A program made the translations under genes and the position numbers. The notes under the pieces are model-generated. The model was not told where the DNA came from, made no database searches, and saw nothing but the letters and a program-made list of their open reading frames with translations. A stretch of DNA of 48,251 bases from Actinomycetota bacterium (GTDB lineage: Bacteria; Actinomycetota; Actinomycetes; Actinomycetales; Microbacteriaceae): the NCBI GenBank assembly GCA_041191625.1, contig JBEEON010000030.1, positions 1 to 48,251 on the forward strand. The letters run 5' to 3'. Below, one piece after another: positions 46,871 through 48,251 of this stretch. How positions within the stretch are numbered: position 1 is the first letter of the stretch; each line of letters starts with the position of its first letter.

Positions 46871-48220
46871 ATGAAACTTCGTCTCGCAATTGTTGGTGCC
46901 GGCCCCGCCGGAATTTACGCCGCGGATATCCTGCAAAAGCAGGAACGTTCGTTCGATGTGTCGATTGACCTGTTCGACCGACTCCCCGCGCCCTACGGAT
47001 TGGTCCGATACGGCGTCGCCCCCGATCACCCCCGCATCAAGGGCATCATCAACGCATTGCGCGAGGTCCTCGATTCCGGCGTGGTTCGCGTGTTCGGCAA
47101 CGTGAATTTCGGCACCGACATCACATTGGACGACCTGAAGAAGCACTACAACGCCGTTATTTTTTCGACGGGCGCCATCAAGGATGCGCCGTTGGATATC
47201 CCCGGAATCGAACTGGACGGCAGCTATGGCGCCGCCGATTTCGTGTCCTGGTATGACGGTCACCCTGATGTTTCGCGTGAATGGCCGCTGACCGCCTCGT
47301 CGGTTGCGGTGATGGGCAACGGCAATGTCGCACTCGATGTGGCCCGCATGCTGGCCAAGCATGCCAATGATTTGTTGCCCACCGAAATCCCCGACAACGT
47401 GTACTCGGGGCTGGCCGCATCGCCGGTCACCGACGTCCACGTGTTCGGTCGCCGCGGGCCGATGCAGGTCAAGTTCAGTCCTCTGGAACTGCGCGAACTG
47501 GGCGAAATGCGGGACGTGGACATGATCGTCCACGACGAAGACTTCCAATACGACGACGCTGCTCGGGCCGCGATTGCGGGCAACAAGCAGGTCTTTGTTA
47601 TCGACAAGATTTTTTCGCAGTGGCGCGAGCGTGCCACGGGCGAGGCCAGCCGCAGGGTGCACCTGCACTTCTTTGCCCAGCCGGTCGAGCTCGTCGGCGA
47701 GGACGGACGTGTGTCGTCATTCCGTTTCGAACGCACCGAGTCGGATGGCGAGGGTGGCGTTCGCGGCACCGGCGAAATTCGTGAGGTCGACGTGCAGGCC
47801 TTCTATCGCGCGGTCGGATATTTCGGTTCCGAACTCGACGGGATTCCCTTCGACGAACTGCGTGGTGTGATTCCCAACCACGAGGGCCAGGTGCTGGGTG
47901 CCGACGGTTCGATCATGCCCGGTGTCTATGCGACCGGCTGGATCAAGCGCGGCCCCATCGGACTGATCGGTCACACCAAGTCCGATGCCATGGAAACCGT
48001 GTCCCACGTTGTCAACGACGCCGCATCATGGTGGAGCCCTGCGCATCCCGAGGAATCCGCTGTCGTTGAATTGCTGGAATCGCGCGGTGTGCCGTTCACC
48101 GACCTCGACGGCTGGCACCGCCTCGATTCGCACGAGAAGGCATTGGGCGAGGCCGTTGGTCGCGAACGCATCAAGGTCGTCGACCGCGGCGAAATGACGG
48201 CGATTTCCCGCGATTCCTAG
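46871..48220 (+). CDS. FprA-like ferredoxin--NADP+ reductase (adrenodoxin reductase family)
   Basis: GAGPAG, PYGLVRYGVAPDH, FVSWYDGHPD, GNGNVALDVAR, GWIKRGPIGLIG. Confidence 0.92.
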   Translation: MKLRLAIVGAGPAGIYAADILQKQERSFDVSIDLFDRLPAPYGLVRYGVAPDHPRIKGIINALREVLDSGVVRVFGNVNFGTDITLDDLKKHYNAVIFSTGAIKDAPLDIPGIELDGSYGAADFVSWYDGHPDVSREWPLTASSVAVMGNGNVALDVARMLAKHANDLLPTEIPDNVYSGLAASPVTDVHVFGRRGPMQVKFSPLELRELGEMRDVDMIVHDEDFQYDDAARAAIAGNKQVFVIDKIFSQWRERATGEASRRVHLHFFAQPVELVGEDGRVSSFRFERTESDGEGGVRGTGEIREVDVQAFYRAVGYFGSELDGIPFDELRGVIPNHEGQVLGADGSIMPGVYATGWIKRGPIGLIGHTKSDAMETVSHVVNDAASWWSPAHPEESAVVELLESRGVPFTDLDGWHRLDSHEKALGEAVGRERIKVVDRGEMTAISRDS

Positions 48221-48251
48221 GCGCTAATGAACCGTTGCGGTCAGCCTCGCC

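Noticed and set aside
1-48251. CRISPR arrays, IS elements, integrases, prophage genes, rRNA
   Set aside because: No regularly spaced repeats and no transposase, recombinase, phage or rRNA signatures were found by eye.

Overview
High-GC actinobacterial chromosome segment, most consistent with a compact Microbacteriaceae genome (inferred from gene order and protein style). Left to right: (1) the tail of an inositol/cyclitol-type catabolic operon (ALDH, iolD, HpcH/HpaI aldolase, Gfo/Idh/MocA oxidoreductase, D-2-hydroxyacid dehydrogenase, RmlD-like SDR) abutting a minus-strand tRNA-Glu/Asp/Phe operon; (2) an M23 peptidase, a flavin amine oxidase and a class-V PLP enzyme; (3) the conserved core block ppa-tilS-hpt-ftsH-folEPBK-DUF3180-DUF2520-panC-lysS-clpC1-GNAT-radA, with a 58-aa gene missing from the ORF track and a large secreted trypsin-like protease where disA often sits; (4) tRNA-Ser(CGA) followed by a ~2 kb low-GC islet with a secreted modular protein, a small membrane-anchored partner (toxin/immunity-like layout) and an orphan promoter-hairpin element; (5) an archaeal-type aspS, cytochrome c maturation system II and the menaquinone cluster (menC, B, E, A, D, F, G, polyprenyl synthase), ending with an FprA-like reductase. 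About 17 genes have a -10 hexamer 6-8 nt before the start codon, which suggests leaderless transcripts. No integrase, transposase, CRISPR array or rRNA was seen. All family calls come from reading motifs by eye, not from database searches.
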